A DNA stretch of 64,000 nucleotides from Candidatus Obscuribacteraceae bacterium (GCA_044226015.1 JBGAHS010000002.1:433571-497570), one strand, 5' to 3'; shown: positions 1 to 10,509, counted from the stretch's first letter. The notes: a model not told the origin generated them from the letters alone. Translations and numbers: made by a program.

Positions 1-241
1 GATTGAGTTTTCACGTTTTTCTGCCGCCGCTCGCCGCAGATTTTCCTCAGAACTCCACCGGTACCGATTGAGTTTTCACGTTTTTCTGCCGCCGCTCGCC
101 GCAGATTTTCCTCAGAACTCCACCGGTACCGATTGAGTTTTCACGTTTTTCTGCCGCCGCTCGCCGCAGATTTTCCTCAGAACTCAATCGGTACCGATTG
201 AGTTTTCACATTTTTCTGCCGCCGCCAGCCGCAGATTTTCC
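1..241. repeat. Tandem array of a 65-bp unit with a CGGTACCG-centred palindrome (REP/BIME-like); truncated by the window start
   Basis: GATTGAGTTTTCAC recurs at 1, 66, 131 and 196. GGTACC at 60, 125 and 190. Perfect 24-bp palindrome AACTCAATCGGTACCGATTGAGTT at 181-204. Confidence 0.95.
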
Positions 242-266
242 TGCAACATCAATTCCGCAGTGGCTA

Positions 267-839
267 CTATCTTGTAAAAATCGGCTTGTTATCTTCGAAC
301 GCTTTTATGCGCGCTAAGCTCACAACCGGAACTCCTAAATGCTGCACGCGATCCCGCCCGCCCTCGAACTCTTTCTCGATAACTGAAGCTATCCCAACCA
401 GCTGCGCACCGCTCTGTTCCACCAATTTCACTAAAGCAAGAATAGTGCGAGCAGTTGCCAAAAAGTCATCGACTATAAGTATGCGATCGTTCTTGCCTAA
501 GTATTCACTGGAAACAATGAGCTCCACAGCTTTCTTATGGGTATGAGACTCCGAGGTCTCACGGAAAGGATCACCTTTCATGGTTACGGGTTGATTTTTT
601 CTCGCATACACAACCGGAATTTCCAGTTCCATCGCTGCCACCAGTGACGGTGCTATGCCACTGGATTCCGCAGTCAAGATACGCGTAGGACTGCAATCTT
701 TAAATTGCATTGCGATTTCCCCGCCAATTTTCTTCATCAAAAGAGGATCAATTTGATGGTTCATAAATGAATCGACTTTCAAAATGCCGTTTCCCAGATA
801 TTCGCCATCTTTCAGGATTCTTTGTTCAAGTAAGTCCAT
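267..839 (-). CDS. xpt: Xanthine phosphoribosyltransferase
   Basis: ILKVDSFMNHQIDP N-terminal motif, ILTAESSGI, and PRPP-binding ILIVDDFLAT. Confidence 0.93.
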   Translation of the reverse strand: MDLLEQRILKDGEYLGNGILKVDSFMNHQIDPLLMKKIGGEIAMQFKDCSPTRILTAESSGIAPSLVAAMELEIPVVYARKNQPVTMKGDPFRETSESHTHKKAVELIVSSEYLGKNDRILIVDDFLATARTILALVKLVEQSGAQLVGIASVIEKEFEGGRDRVQHLGVPVVSLARIKAFEDNKPIFTR

Positions 840-895
840 CAGTCCTCCAATTGCTCAATCTTTCTCTTGTTATATTGCTTGTTGTATTGCTCGAT

Positions 896-1348
896 CTATT
901 GCTTGTTCTCTTCGGAATACTTTTTCATCGCATTCAAGAAAAGCTTGGGCACCCTAACTGGTCTCATTTTTGCAATATCAACGAACACACCGACATGTTT
1001 AGCAGAAGTGGTCAGCGATTCCCCAAGATAAATTTCCGCCTCTATCGTCAAAGTAGTCATTGTGAGGTCGGAAACCCACATCTTCCCTCTTGGCTTTTCG
1101 AACAAGCGTATCGGCCGGTGATATCTAATTTCAGACGATAACAAGACCGGAGTCTGGCCTGCTTCCATGAAAACTTGGAGAGGGCAGTAAACATCAAACA
1201 TCTTCAGCCTCATATCCTCAAGCCAACGCAGATAAACGATATTGCTCACATGCCCTGCAAAATCGATTTCATGCGTACTTACTGTGATGTCATGCTCAAT
1301 ATAAAGAGCTTTCATCGGCTGACCTCGCCTTTCAATAACAATGATCAC
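896..1348 (-). CDS. Acyl-CoA thioesterase, 4HBT/YbgC hotdog family (start may be the internal MKALYIEH)
   Basis: EIDFAGHVSNIVYLRWLEDMR matches the DxxGHVxNxxYxxxxExxR motif. Confidence 0.88.
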   Translation of the reverse strand: MIIVIERRGQPMKALYIEHDITVSTHEIDFAGHVSNIVYLRWLEDMRLKMFDVYCPLQVFMEAGQTPVLLSSEIRYHRPIRLFEKPRGKMWVSDLTMTTLTIEAEIYLGESLTTSAKHVGVFVDIAKMRPVRVPKLFLNAMKKYSEENKQ

Positions 1349-1702
1349 ATGTCAGGAAGCAATGTACATTGTTTCCACCGTAATTATTTAGTACTAATTT
1401 TTCAATTCGCGCATGCCCTCATCCATGGTGGCTCCAAATTTGCCTCAGGGCACTAAATTTCCAAATAATCAGTAAGATTGCAGTTTTCACTCTAAATCAC
1501 AGACTGCCCACAATTCTCTAATTGATGGATTGTGGTGGAAATTGAGAGCGATGAAGGGCCAAGCCATCCGCGAAAGAAATTTGAAACTCTTGAGAATCAA
1601 CTTCCATCGATGGTTCATAAGTTCAGATTGCGTTATGCTTTTGTGATCTATGCAATTGACCTTCGCACAGCAGTTGGTCACCGGAAAGAGGCGCAAGGAA
1701 AC

Positions 1703-3481
1703 ATGGTTCTCAAGTCTACGATAAGGAAAAGGTCACAAGAGAAGACAATTGGTCTCGTACTGCTCTCTTTCCTCATCTCCACCGCGCCAACAGTGTTAGC
1801 AGCGGACGATCACGAGCCCACGGTAATATCCGCAGACAATCAGGAGCAAAGGGACACGGAAGGATCGCTGTGGTTGAGTGGTATTAACAAAACTAAGACC
1901 CAAGCAGAGCCAGCAACAATTGCAGTGACACCACAGGCAGTTTCAACAGAAACGCAAACTCTTTCGAAAAATTCCAATACTTTATTTGATGAAACCGGGG
2001 CGAGACAAGGATTTGACCAGAAACCTGATCTCGACTCCGATTTACCAATGAACCTGGCTCAGGCAATTCCTTCGGGAGTAAATGGCTCCCAGGTAAATCC
2101 TGCCGCAATAAATCTCGCTCAAGCGAACCCAGTGGTTAACGGACGAATTGAACCCAGCACGAGCGATCCCTCCGTAGCTTCAAATCGTATTGAAGAACTG
2201 ACCAAGCAAGCTATGCTGAAAATCATTGAGCTAGAAAGGTTCAATTTGAATTACAAAGCGAATGCTGCTAAACAGGGCAGATGGAAAGGCTGGCGCTACT
2301 CACTGTTCAATGAAATAGATGGATCTCTCGCATTGACCGGAGGCATAATATCCATTCACAACCGCGGTTCGCATTTGCACTCATCGAACAAAGTTAAGAC
2401 CTACATTCAAGAAGACGCCAATATCTTTCCTATGATAGGCAGCATCATTGGCGCCAGCGCAGCCGCGATGGAATTCGGCATCAATGAATATCATGAATAC
2501 CAGGCGTTTCGCAACGGATATTCCCCTGGACGCGCGCGCATCAAAGTTGCTTCCTTACGCGCTGAAATAGACAAAATTCTGACAGACCGAGAGTCACTTG
2601 TTTCAGTCGAGAAGACAGCGACCACAGAAACAGGCTGGGAAATCGATTCACTTGAAGGTCGAGTCCTGAAAGACCTGCGGGATCAAGCCTTGCTTGAGTT
2701 CCAACGCTACCATATTGGTGCCCGGAGACTGATGGCGTTTCAACAATCACAATATTTCTTCGATTTTGCAAAAAACGTGACGAACGCGATTGGTTGTGAG
2801 TTTGCCTACCTTTCGCTACATCGGGGTCGACGTGTTTGGAATGGACGTGCCGGAACGCTATTTGATGTAAGTGGCGCAATCACCATGGGTGGACCAATTG
2901 TTAGCCGAGCTATAGGAAAACTCGCCGGCGAATACCATAAACAATACATAAAAGAATCAATCGGCGAAGCCGAAGCGAAAGAATGCGCAATTCTTGAACG
3001 CGACCAGAAAGAACTTGAATCATATTGCCGCAGTAATAAAGTTAGCATGGATGTCGTAGGAAAAGTTGTGGACCGCAGCGCCTCATACGGTGACCAGAGC
3101 AAAATCTTCCAAGACGAAATTCAATCGTCATCTAAGCAACTAGACAAGGCAAAATTAGTAGCAACGCAAAACATCGGTGCAGGACTCTATAAAGGCGGAA
3201 GCAAACTCGCCTCCGGTATTCTCTTCAATGCCTGCGGATACCCACAACTCTACAATAGCAAAACACAAACAGCTACTCGAGTAACCAACCACCTCCTATT
3301 TTCTGCTAGCGTAGTGGGACTGCCTGCAACAGCATTTGCAATGGCGGATACTCTGAGAATCCAGGTTACCGGCGAGTTGAACAGGAAAAAGCTAGCAGCA
3401 AAAGGCGAGTTGCCCGTACAGCTAATCAAAAAGAGACTTGCTCAACTTGATGAATTGGAAGCCAAACTGAAAGCTCAATAG
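1703..3481 (+). CDS. Hypothetical exported alpha-helical protein
   Basis: Long ORF. ATG 1703 follows AAGGA and gives a signal-peptide-like stretch (IGLVLLSFLISTAPTVLA-A). Alternating coiled-coil and Gly-rich hydrophobic segments. Confidence 0.75.
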   Translation: MVLKSTIRKRSQEKTIGLVLLSFLISTAPTVLAADDHEPTVISADNQEQRDTEGSLWLSGINKTKTQAEPATIAVTPQAVSTETQTLSKNSNTLFDETGARQGFDQKPDLDSDLPMNLAQAIPSGVNGSQVNPAAINLAQANPVVNGRIEPSTSDPSVASNRIEELTKQAMLKIIELERFNLNYKANAAKQGRWKGWRYSLFNEIDGSLALTGGIISIHNRGSHLHSSNKVKTYIQEDANIFPMIGSIIGASAAAMEFGINEYHEYQAFRNGYSPGRARIKVASLRAEIDKILTDRESLVSVEKTATTETGWEIDSLEGRVLKDLRDQALLEFQRYHIGARRLMAFQQSQYFFDFAKNVTNAIGCEFAYLSLHRGRRVWNGRAGTLFDVSGAITMGGPIVSRAIGKLAGEYHKQYIKESIGEAEAKECAILERDQKELESYCRSNKVSMDVVGKVVDRSASYGDQSKIFQDEIQSSSKQLDKAKLVATQNIGAGLYKGGSKLASGILFNACGYPQLYNSKTQTATRVTNHLLFSASVVGLPATAFAMADTLRIQVTGELNRKKLAAKGELPVQLIKKRLAQLDELEAKLKAQ

Positions 3482-3485
3482 GTCC

Positions 3486-5477
3486 TCAATTTCTCTTGCT
3501 TCTTTTCTCAAGAAATTCCCGGGCAACACGCTGAAGCCCCTCGACGTACTTGTCATTCTTCTGAGTGTAAGGCATTCTCACAGACCAGTTTAGCGCTGTT
3601 TTGTAAGCATCCTCAGCGTCTAGATCTAATCTAGCGTCCTCGTACCAGCGACCAATTTCAATCATCGAATTAGCAAATTCAGCAGTAGCATCCTCGTGGT
3701 AATTTTTGCGCAAATAAGCCTGCCTTTCTTTCAAGACTTGAATCGCCCGCTTGCGGTCACCCAGCTTGTCCATGACAGAGGCTATTTTGACAATGGTAAA
3801 TTGAGTTGATTCTGTTCGCTCATCCTTTTGCCGTTCTTTTTCTGCTCTCAACAAACAGTCGAGCTGCTCTTTCAAGCGATTCTGCACGCCATATACAACG
3901 GCAAGGTTATCGTAGCAAGCAGCTAAGGAAGGGTTGCCTCTGAGATCATACTGAGGAGCAATATCCAGTGATGTGACTACATCAGCATCAAGAAGGCGTG
4001 ATGAAAGCCCAGCCTTAGCAGCAAGCTCCGCCTCAGAATATTTATGCTCGGCGGCATAAAGCCTGCTCAGCTCACCGTAGCAGAGAAGAGCCTCCGTAGT
4101 CAGCCTTCCATCAGAAGACTTACACAATTTCAATACATCCTGCCATGCACCAATAGCACGGACATTTAGATTTGCTCGCTCCAGAGTAAAAGCCTTCATC
4201 AGCTTACAGGTGAAGTGCATTGATTTTGCATCAACATCAGTATCCTTAATCGTCTTCTCAAAACGCTCAAGGTCGTTAACCAACAATACACCTTTCAAAA
4301 TGCTGTCGTCAGAGCCATCGGGTTGATATTGATGATATCGTTCTATCAGTTTAAACATTCGAGCAGGCTTGGAACCGAGACGACGACCCTGCTGATCTTT
4401 GTCACCAGTGGTGCTTCGTTCAAAGATTGCTTGAACTTTGCGGACTTTTGGTTTCTCAGGCTTAGGAGCTGCAAAATTCAGGAATACTGGAATAGCTAAA
4501 ATAACGCAAAGCGCGATTAGCAGAAGCCAACTTCGTCCTTTGCTGCTGGACCACTCGTTACTCGTTCGCACAGAGCCGAGAGCTTTCAACAAATCCTCTT
4601 TGAACGCAGCTGCTGACTCCGGACGTGCAGACGGATCCTTCTCCAGCCCTTTCAACGCAATGTTCAAAACAGCCTGCTGCGCCTTACTCGACTTATTTGC
4701 CAGTGCTTTAGGCAGCTCGACAGGCTCATGAATTTGCATATATCGAGTCAACACTGGCGTATCGCCAACGAAAGGAGGAGCACCAAACAAGCACTCCCAC
4801 AGCATACAAGCAACAGAATATAAATCTGAGCGCACATCAATTTTTTCACCACGACACTGCTCCGGACTCATGTAAGGCGCGCTGCCACTTAGTTGAATTG
4901 TGCGAGTCAAACCCATCACTGCGCCGTCCTCTAAATTGAAAGGCTTAGCAATACCAAAATCCAATAACTTTAAATCAATTGTTTGATTTGCCTTATCAAA
5001 CAAAATCATTATGTTCCCGGGTTTCACATCACGATGAAGAAGTCCATGAGTATGCGCACAATCCAATGCATCTAGGATCTGCGAAAAAAGTTCAGTTATC
5101 ACTTTAGGTCCAGGTTGAGGGTTTTTGCTCAAATATGATGCAAGTGTCTCACCTTCGAGGCATTCACAAACGAGAAACGGGGTTTCATCTAAACACTGTC
5201 CCAATTGAAACACTCGAACAATATTCGGGTGCTCTAATTTCGCAAGAACTCTGGCTTCATTTTGCATGCGGCGCACCTGCCGCTCTTCATCATCGCTCTT
5301 ATCAGTTCGAATAAGCTTGAGCGCTACAATTTTATCGAGCAAGGTGTCCTTAGCTTTCAGGACAACACCATGCCCACCTTCACCCAGAAATTCCAGAAGC
5401 ACGAATTGCGCCGGAATTTGCGGCGCTATATTTTGAAGCAAGGTTGCCGAATCGATAAACTCGTTCTGCAAGTTCAA
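3486..5477 (-). CDS. Hanks-type Ser/Thr protein kinase with a TM helix and TPR-like C-terminal domain
   Basis: GEGGHGVV, VALK, HRDVKPGN, DFG, YMSPE and DLYS motifs; TM segment WLLLIALCVILAIPVFL. Confidence 0.93.
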   Translation of the reverse strand: MNLQNEFIDSATLLQNIAPQIPAQFVLLEFLGEGGHGVVLKAKDTLLDKIVALKLIRTDKSDDEERQVRRMQNEARVLAKLEHPNIVRVFQLGQCLDETPFLVCECLEGETLASYLSKNPQPGPKVITELFSQILDALDCAHTHGLLHRDVKPGNIMILFDKANQTIDLKLLDFGIAKPFNLEDGAVMGLTRTIQLSGSAPYMSPEQCRGEKIDVRSDLYSVACMLWECLFGAPPFVGDTPVLTRYMQIHEPVELPKALANKSSKAQQAVLNIALKGLEKDPSARPESAAAFKEDLLKALGSVRTSNEWSSSKGRSWLLLIALCVILAIPVFLNFAAPKPEKPKVRKVQAIFERSTTGDKDQQGRRLGSKPARMFKLIERYHQYQPDGSDDSILKGVLLVNDLERFEKTIKDTDVDAKSMHFTCKLMKAFTLERANLNVRAIGAWQDVLKLCKSSDGRLTTEALLCYGELSRLYAAEHKYSEAELAAKAGLSSRLLDADVVTSLDIAPQYDLRGNPSLAACYDNLAVVYGVQNRLKEQLDCLLRAEKERQKDERTESTQFTIVKIASVMDKLGDRKRAIQVLKERQAYLRKNYHEDATAEFANSMIEIGRWYEDARLDLDAEDAYKTALNWSVRMPYTQKNDKYVEGLQRVAREFLEKRSKRN

Positions 5478-5529
5478 CCTACCAAATCACTGCCCTGGAT
5501 ATTCCCGAAGAAAATAGCAAAGTAACCGT

Positions 5530-5716
5530 CACACCGGTAATCTCTACACACCCGTGATCTCTGCACACCCACGATCTCAGCACACCCACGATCTCGGCAC
5601 ACCCACGATCTCGGCACACACGTAATCTCGACGCACCCGTGATCTCAGCACACCCACGATCTCGGCACACCTGTAATCTCAATACAGCCATAAATTCAGC
5701 ACAGCTGCATCCTCAG
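5530..5716. repeat. 17-bp minisatellite (consensus CACACCCACGATCTCGG), 9 clear plus about 2 degenerate copies
   Basis: Units start every 17 bp at 5530, 5547, 5564, 5581, 5598, 5615, 5632, 5649 and 5666. Confidence 0.92.
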
Positions 5717-5731
5717 CACACACACATGGGA

Positions 5732-7288
5732 CTATAGCTGAGCTGTGATAGCTCGAAGCGCGAGCTCACCGTTGTGATATTCCAGTTGTGCATCGATCAC
5801 TCTCAATTTCGCCTCATTCAATTGCCTTTCCCTTTCAGTCACCAAAAATACGGTGCTATCTCCAGCTTGCAACCTCTCTTTTTCTCCCGCGTAGACCTGC
5901 TCAGCCCGAGATACCTGTTGTTCAGAAGCAAGAAAGCGCTGATACGATAAATTAATTGCGGAAAAAGCATCATAGACCTCATTCTTGATTCTCTGCTCTT
6001 CTGCTTGCCTATCCTTTCTCAGCTTAGCCAGGCGCAATTTGGCAGCCTGCAAGCGTCCTCTGGCTGTGCGTAGATACATCGGCTGACTGAATGTTATCTG
6101 CCCACGATACGAATGCCCAATCCCAAAATAACCAGCGTCATGTCCTTCAGTTGCCACCAGATTTAGTGCCGGCAAAAGTTGATTTTCAGCGTATTTTTTC
6201 TGCAATTCAGCGCTCTTTATCTGAACATCAATAGCTTTCAATTCTGGTCGGCTTAAAAGCGCTTGGGCAACTCTTTTCTCAGTTTCTTCGCTTGTATGTT
6301 CCTGGGGACGAGGAAGTTCATCAGGAACATTTATCTCAGTCGGCAATGGCAAAGGAACACCACCTAGATCAAAAAGAACACTGGAGAGCCTGAATGAAAA
6401 CCGTTGGAAATCTCTCTCTGCCTGATAGAAATCAGCATTGCGCCTCTCCCGATCCTCCTCAGCCTCCGCTACATAGATTTTAGCGAGATCACCATTTCGT
6501 TCCTGCTGCTGCGCCAGATTCACGATAATTTTGGATAGATCGAGAATGTGGGCTGCAACCTTACGCTTCTCATTTGCGGCCACCCAACTCCAGTAAATGT
6601 TTCCTGATCTCTGGAGAGTATCCAGACGCGTAAGATGGAAGGTCTGAGCTGCAAGAGCTTCCCCGTACTTAGCCTCTTTTTCAGCGACAGACTGCTCGTT
6701 GTAAATCAAGCCCCGCAATACAGGAATGAAAACACCACCAGAAATTTCACCACCTCGACCTGTCTCAATGTAAGGAGACTGAGCACTTAGAGGGTTATAG
6801 CGATATTGCAAGAAAGCTCGAACACCAGAGCGAAAAGGCACTTCCAGCTTAGGATAATTGAAAAGTACATACTTTGGGGCTCCCGCCTTGGAAGTATTTT
6901 GCATGCGAGTGTAGCCACTTTCGTTTGTCAAAAGTGGGTCAAAGACACCTTGCTTCTCCAATCGATTAGCACTTGCTATTTGCTGCTGATCAAGTGCAGC
7001 TCTGAGTCCAGGAAAGTTTGAATCGACGGCTCGTAGGAAAATCTCGAGGGTTAGTTTGCCTCTGCTCACTATAACGTTACGAGCTGTTTCTGCGTCAGTA
7101 CTGGGCTTAGTGTCAGGCAGGCTTAATGCGGCAAGTCTGGTAGTGTTGTTTCCATCAGCTGCAACAACTTCAAGTGAATATGCAAGTGACAGAGGCAAGC
7201 TGAGACAAATCGCTTTGCGGAGCAAGGACAAAACACTCAGGCGATTGGAGCTATTTTCCGTCGCCATGCAATTTGTTTCCCCGATCAA
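5732..7288 (-). CDS. TolC-family outer membrane efflux/secretion protein
   Basis: Signal peptide, GVFDP, ALLSRPEL, NQLLPALNL and EKERLQAGDSTVFLV outer-membrane-efflux features; last gene of an ABC-HlyD operon. Confidence 0.88.
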   Translation of the reverse strand: MIGETNCMATENSSNRLSVLSLLRKAICLSLPLSLAYSLEVVAADGNNTTRLAALSLPDTKPSTDAETARNVIVSRGKLTLEIFLRAVDSNFPGLRAALDQQQIASANRLEKQGVFDPLLTNESGYTRMQNTSKAGAPKYVLFNYPKLEVPFRSGVRAFLQYRYNPLSAQSPYIETGRGGEISGGVFIPVLRGLIYNEQSVAEKEAKYGEALAAQTFHLTRLDTLQRSGNIYWSWVAANEKRKVAAHILDLSKIIVNLAQQQERNGDLAKIYVAEAEEDRERRNADFYQAERDFQRFSFRLSSVLFDLGGVPLPLPTEINVPDELPRPQEHTSEETEKRVAQALLSRPELKAIDVQIKSAELQKKYAENQLLPALNLVATEGHDAGYFGIGHSYRGQITFSQPMYLRTARGRLQAAKLRLAKLRKDRQAEEQRIKNEVYDAFSAINLSYQRFLASEQQVSRAEQVYAGEKERLQAGDSTVFLVTERERQLNEAKLRVIDAQLEYHNGELALRAITAQL

Positions 7289-8720
7289 GTCCCTTCAATT
7301 CGTTGCTTCCCCGATCTAGCCCTTCCGATTCGGGCTTACTGATCGTGGGTTGAAAGCCATTGAACTGGCGCCAGAGTTCAAAGTACAGAGGAACATCGCG
7401 CAAAAGAATCCACCCGCTGGCCTGAGCACCAGGGCGCAGAACCTTTGCAGATGGCCAGGCTTGCTCTTTTCTAGGGTCTGATTCTGGCAGATCAATCGCG
7501 GCTCTATCGGGCACAACAATTACACGATAATAGTGGCGCCCATCGTCAATTGCATCGATAACGGAGACACGCCCAGCAAAGGTTCCGAATGCTACTGATG
7601 GCCAACCCACAAATTGTAGTGACGGCCACCCTGAAATCGACAGACGAACAGCATCTCCAACTTGCACAAGAGGAGCATCGAAATCGCGCACCATCAAAGC
7701 CGCAGCTCGATCATCAGTATCTGGAGCTATAGTAGCTAGAACGGCGCCCGCATTGACCATTTCACCGGCACCGACGCGATTCAAACGTACTACTCGACCC
7801 GCACATGGAGCCAAGATTTTGCGCTGCGCTACGCGTTCTTTCATGTTCTGAATTTCAATTTCAATTCTTGCAATTTCTGCAGTCGTAGCCGCGATTGATT
7901 GCTTAGCGTCAGCCATCGAAGCACGCAAAGAGTTGATATTTGCAAGCGTGTCGGCAGAAACTTTTTTCAAGTCTAAGCCAGCAATTTTTGTGTCTTTCTT
8001 AACCACATCAAAGGCAGCCTTCGCACGTTGCAACTCAGTCTTGGCACGAGTTACATCAAGCAAGGCGACCTGCTGGTCACGTTGCGAGCGCAACCCTTTT
8101 TCATAGAGAATTTCAATTCTGTCAAATTGCCATTGTGTCGTTTTGACATTTTGCTCAGCAACATCAACACTTTGTTGAGCAGCTTCCAACCTGTCATTTG
8201 CCTGCCCAATACGCTCTTGAGCTGCTGGCAGAGCCGCCTCCCGAGAGTTAGATTGATCATTCAGCTGTAGCTTTAGTGACTCCAATCTCTGCGAGATGGA
8301 CTCACGCTTACTCTCTAGAGCCGCCTTTTGTTCAGAGAGATTCTGCAACTGCAGCGGACTGAGAAATCGCTGATCAATTTCACTGATTTCTGCAATCGCT
8401 TCGCCAACCTTAACATCTTGACCATCTTGAACATTCCAGCGCACGAGCCTTCCTGGAATTTGTGCTTCTATAGTTTGAGGACGATGCATGGGAGAAAATA
8501 CAATGATTTCTCCATTACCCGCCACCGATTGCCGCCAGGGCATTAGCAATACAAAAAAACACGTTGACACAAACAAAATAAGCAAGATGATCCCAAAGGC
8601 AAAAGGTCCCCACCCAGAACGCACTAAGCGAAGAGATTCTAGCCTTGCGGATTCATCACTGACATTGCTAATGCTCGTAGTTTGCATTTCCGCCTCGCAG
8701 ATTTGAATCGCTACCAACAA
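7251..8720 (-). CDS. HlyD-family membrane fusion protein (start probably MQTTSIS near 8687)
   Basis: N-terminal TM, lipoyl half-motifs (IEAQIPGRLVRWNVQDGQDVKVGE; ILAPCAGRV), long coiled coil, GWPSLQFVGWP. Confidence 0.9.
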   Translation of the reverse strand: MLVAIQICEAEMQTTSISNVSDESARLESLRLVRSGWGPFAFGIILLILFVSTCFFVLLMPWRQSVAGNGEIIVFSPMHRPQTIEAQIPGRLVRWNVQDGQDVKVGEAIAEISEIDQRFLSPLQLQNLSEQKAALESKRESISQRLESLKLQLNDQSNSREAALPAAQERIGQANDRLEAAQQSVDVAEQNVKTTQWQFDRIEILYEKGLRSQRDQQVALLDVTRAKTELQRAKAAFDVVKKDTKIAGLDLKKVSADTLANINSLRASMADAKQSIAATTAEIARIEIEIQNMKERVAQRKILAPCAGRVVRLNRVGAGEMVNAGAVLATIAPDTDDRAAALMVRDFDAPLVQVGDAVRLSISGWPSLQFVGWPSVAFGTFAGRVSVIDAIDDGRHYYRVIVVPDRAAIDLPESDPRKEQAWPSAKVLRPGAQASGWILLRDVPLYFELWRQFNGFQPTISKPESEGLDRGSNELKGLDRGNKLHGDGK

Positions 8721-10509
8721 TGCGCAAAATGTGAACTAATTGAGGAAAGAGTTCCTCAAGAAAACCATCAACGTGTCTTATAAGCTCTTGAGGCGTGCCC
8801 GACTCAACAATGACCCCATCGGAAAGCAATATAATGCGATCTGATCGCAAGATGCTGTCAGCATCATGAGAGATATCAATTATGGTCCACGTCTGCTCAG
8901 GCGCATACAAGCGGTCAAGAATTTCCAATTTTGCTTTCTCTTCAATTGCAGTAAAAGCCTCATCGAATATGATCAATTGCGGACGCTTCACAATGGTTCT
9001 GGCAAGCAAGAGCTTCTGAATTTGCCCACGAGAAAGACTTTTACCAGCGACACCCAACTCTGTTTGCAAACCATCAGGCAATTGATTGAATTCCGTGAAT
9101 TGCACCAGATCGAGAGCCCACATAACATCCGCGTGAGAGATTTCCGGCCGACCAAGGCTTACATTTTCAATTATGGTTCCTGGAAAAATCTCATTTGCAT
9201 CACTAACTAGCGCTACTGAGCGGCGCAAACTCGAAAGATCAACGTCTCGCACATCCATTCCATTTATCTGCACGAGCCCTTCACCAGGTTCGATCAAACC
9301 ACAGAGAATCTTGGCTAGCGTAGTTTTACCCGACGCATTGTGCCCAAATAAACTGATGCGCTCGCCTGCGCTAATCGCCAAATCAATTCCCTTTAGGACA
9401 GGCTTATGACCGGTATAAGTGAAGCCCAATCCTTTGATTTCGACACTGGCACCAGCTACCTGAGTTACAGGAAGCGGTTCACCACCCTTGCGCTCAAGTG
9501 GAAGGTCCTCAACATATCCTATCTTGCCGAGAGCTGAAAGCAATTCATAAACATTCTGCAGATTTCGTACAACTCTTTCTAAACCAGGCATCACCATATT
9601 AACGATCAGGAGGGCAGAAACCAGCTGACCCATCGTCAACTGCCTGTTCACCACAAGATAGCCACCAATTCCAAGAACACCAGCACTGGAAAGAGCCTGG
9701 AAGAAAAACAGACTGGCTTGCTGCCGGAACAGAACATTGAAATGCGTTCGGCGTAAGTTCAGATAGTCCACGAGCAACTTGTCTGCGTGCTTCACCAGAT
9801 AAGAAGGAATGCCGTTTGTTTTGATACCAACTTCACATCGAGCCAATTCTTCCAACCACCCGGCTATCAAAAATCGCTGAGTGGTTTCAGCGCTGCGGGT
9901 ACGGAAGCCTCCATATCCAAAAGCAAAAACTTCCAGTAGAAAAAAGGCTATTACCACCCCATCAAAAAGCAAAAGCCAGGGACTGTAAAAAGCCAGAAGT
10001 GTCATGCCAACTAGCAACTGCAAGGCGGCGGCAGGAGCATCAAGCAGAAAACTAAACCACGCAGATTGAACCGTGATGGTGTCAAAGAAACGATTAACCA
10101 GCTCAGGAAGATACTCGCGAGAAAGCAAAGCATGCTTCACTCGAGGCACACGATAAGCCAAACGAAGTGCAACACGAGTAAAGGTTCTTTGTCGAATTTG
10201 CTCCACCATCCACAGAGTGAGTAAGCGCAAAAGTGCGACAAAACTCAATGCTGCGCAAACGCAAGTTGAGATAACAGTTAAAGGCTGCATAAAGACACCA
10301 GCAGCCACTGTGTTAACAACAATCTGTGTAGCCAGAGGCAATGCCAGTGAAAAGAGCCCGCTAAAGAACGTGTAAACCAGGATGAGATAGAGATCCTTTC
10401 TATCTTCAAAGATCATTTGATTCAAGCGCTGATATGGTGATGTTGCCTGCTTGGGTCTTTCAACAGTTCCCGGCGGGTACAGTTGCCTTACTAATTCGTC
10501 CACACTCAT
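8668..10509 (-). CDS. ABC transporter (fused TMD-NBD) of a type I secretion-like system
   Basis: TM domain with ELVNRFFD; Walker A GHNASGKTT, signature LSRGQ, Walker B IIFDE, H-loop ISHD. Confidence 0.92.
   Translation of the reverse strand: MSVDELVRQLYPPGTVERPKQATSPYQRLNQMIFEDRKDLYLILVYTFFSGLFSLALPLATQIVVNTVAAGVFMQPLTVISTCVCAALSFVALLRLLTLWMVEQIRQRTFTRVALRLAYRVPRVKHALLSREYLPELVNRFFDTITVQSAWFSFLLDAPAAALQLLVGMTLLAFYSPWLLLFDGVVIAFFLLEVFAFGYGGFRTRSAETTQRFLIAGWLEELARCEVGIKTNGIPSYLVKHADKLLVDYLNLRRTHFNVLFRQQASLFFFQALSSAGVLGIGGYLVVNRQLTMGQLVSALLIVNMVMPGLERVVRNLQNVYELLSALGKIGYVEDLPLERKGGEPLPVTQVAGASVEIKGLGFTYTGHKPVLKGIDLAISAGERISLFGHNASGKTTLAKILCGLIEPGEGLVQINGMDVRDVDLSSLRRSVALVSDANEIFPGTIIENVSLGRPEISHADVMWALDLVQFTEFNQLPDGLQTELGVAGKSLSRGQIQKLLLARTIVKRPQLIIFDEAFTAIEEKAKLEILDRLYAPEQTWTIIDISHDADSILRSDRIILLSDGVIVESGTPQELIRHVDGFLEELFPQLVHILRIVGSDSNLRGGNANYEH

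Noticed and set aside
5479..5691. 70-aa ORF with RDRGCAEI repeats
   Set aside because: By-product of the 17-bp minisatellite.
7270..7325. Short duplication (GLDRG twice) at the HlyD C-terminus
   Set aside because: Real, but a small local duplication in a variable tail with no evidence of function.
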